A program made the position numbers and the translations under genes. From Fimbriosthenelais zetlandica (Eukaryota), in contig OZ365112.1 in NCBI GenBank assembly GCA_977030845.1, positions 22,506,001 through 22,570,000 of the forward strand: a stretch of 64,000 bases of DNA, read 5' to 3'. Below, piece after piece: positions 63,401 through 64,000 of this stretch. Numbering within the stretch: the first letter of the stretch is position 1; the number at the start of each line of letters is the position of its first letter. The notes beneath the pieces were generated by a model that saw only the letters and a program-made list of their open reading frames with translations, was not told the origin of the DNA and ran no database searches.

Positions 63401-64000
63401 TAGATCCCAGGGTTGCTGAAGGCATGCGCGTGCAGTCCATGTTACATTGCTTATGAAGCCAGCAGTAGATAGATGCCTAGTTATCATCAATCTCAATCAT
63501 TCCCATGCCCAGCAACATGCAATTCAACTAATCAGCCATAAACAGTGGACCCGAGTGACAATTTGCCACATTGTGATAGTTCTTTAAATGATTAACACCA
63601 TATTTTAAATCCAAGCTGAGCTAAAATAGCTGTATATGTACCTATAAAATGTTTTATGGCTATCTGTAATCGTTAAGCAAATCATTTTGCTCGTACAGTT
63701 TACTTCAAAGGCCAGGCCAGTAGCCAGGTCCCGGCCGATGCCCCGGGCCTTAGTGTTGGAATCCTTTTTTGCCTGGCCCACATGCAATAGTAAATTATTG
63801 AACTTTTATCAGCAATGGCAAAGGAAATGCCACAGGGAAGGTGATCGGAAATTTGAATTAAATGAACTTTTTTTCTGGTTCGGTTAATTTCAAATTGTAG
63901 AGTGATCATCTTAATACTGTGACAGTATAATGATATAGACACATTCATGTGGCCCTTGTTATTTATACCTGATCTAGGTATAGACACTTTTTTGTATTAT

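Noticed and set aside
54421-64000. Short track ORFs downstream of the transcription-factor-like exon
   Set aside because: None resembles a DNA-binding domain or forms a credible phase-1 exon; treated as intron.

Overview
Intron-rich, AT-rich eukaryotic (invertebrate bilaterian, probably lophotrochozoan) genomic DNA, not prokaryotic; most ORFs in the supplied track are noise, antisense shadows or single exons. Three complete spliced genes can be built with canonical GT-AG introns and continuous frames: 26S proteasome subunit PSMD3/Rpn3 (+, 11 exons), a secreted chymotrypsin/elastase-type serine protease (-, 6 exons) and selenocysteine lyase SCLY (+, 12 exons). Head-to-head with PSMD3 is exon 1 of an amphiphysin/BIN1 gene (-). 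I found no further BAR-domain exon in the 35 kb downstream of it. That interval instead holds, on the same strand, a giant stop-free exon (4738 to the window edge, at least 1578 codons, absent from the ORF track), small candidate upstream exons that join it in frame, and several RFX X-box motifs. This is either a nested RFX-controlled gene or a giant alternative N-terminus of amphiphysin, and is the most interesting structure here. On the right are a 38-bp minisatellite and a 1.09-kb Gly/Ser/Pro-rich first coding exon of an unidentified probable transcription factor whose next exon lies beyond the window. All coordinates were read by hand; no database searches were run.
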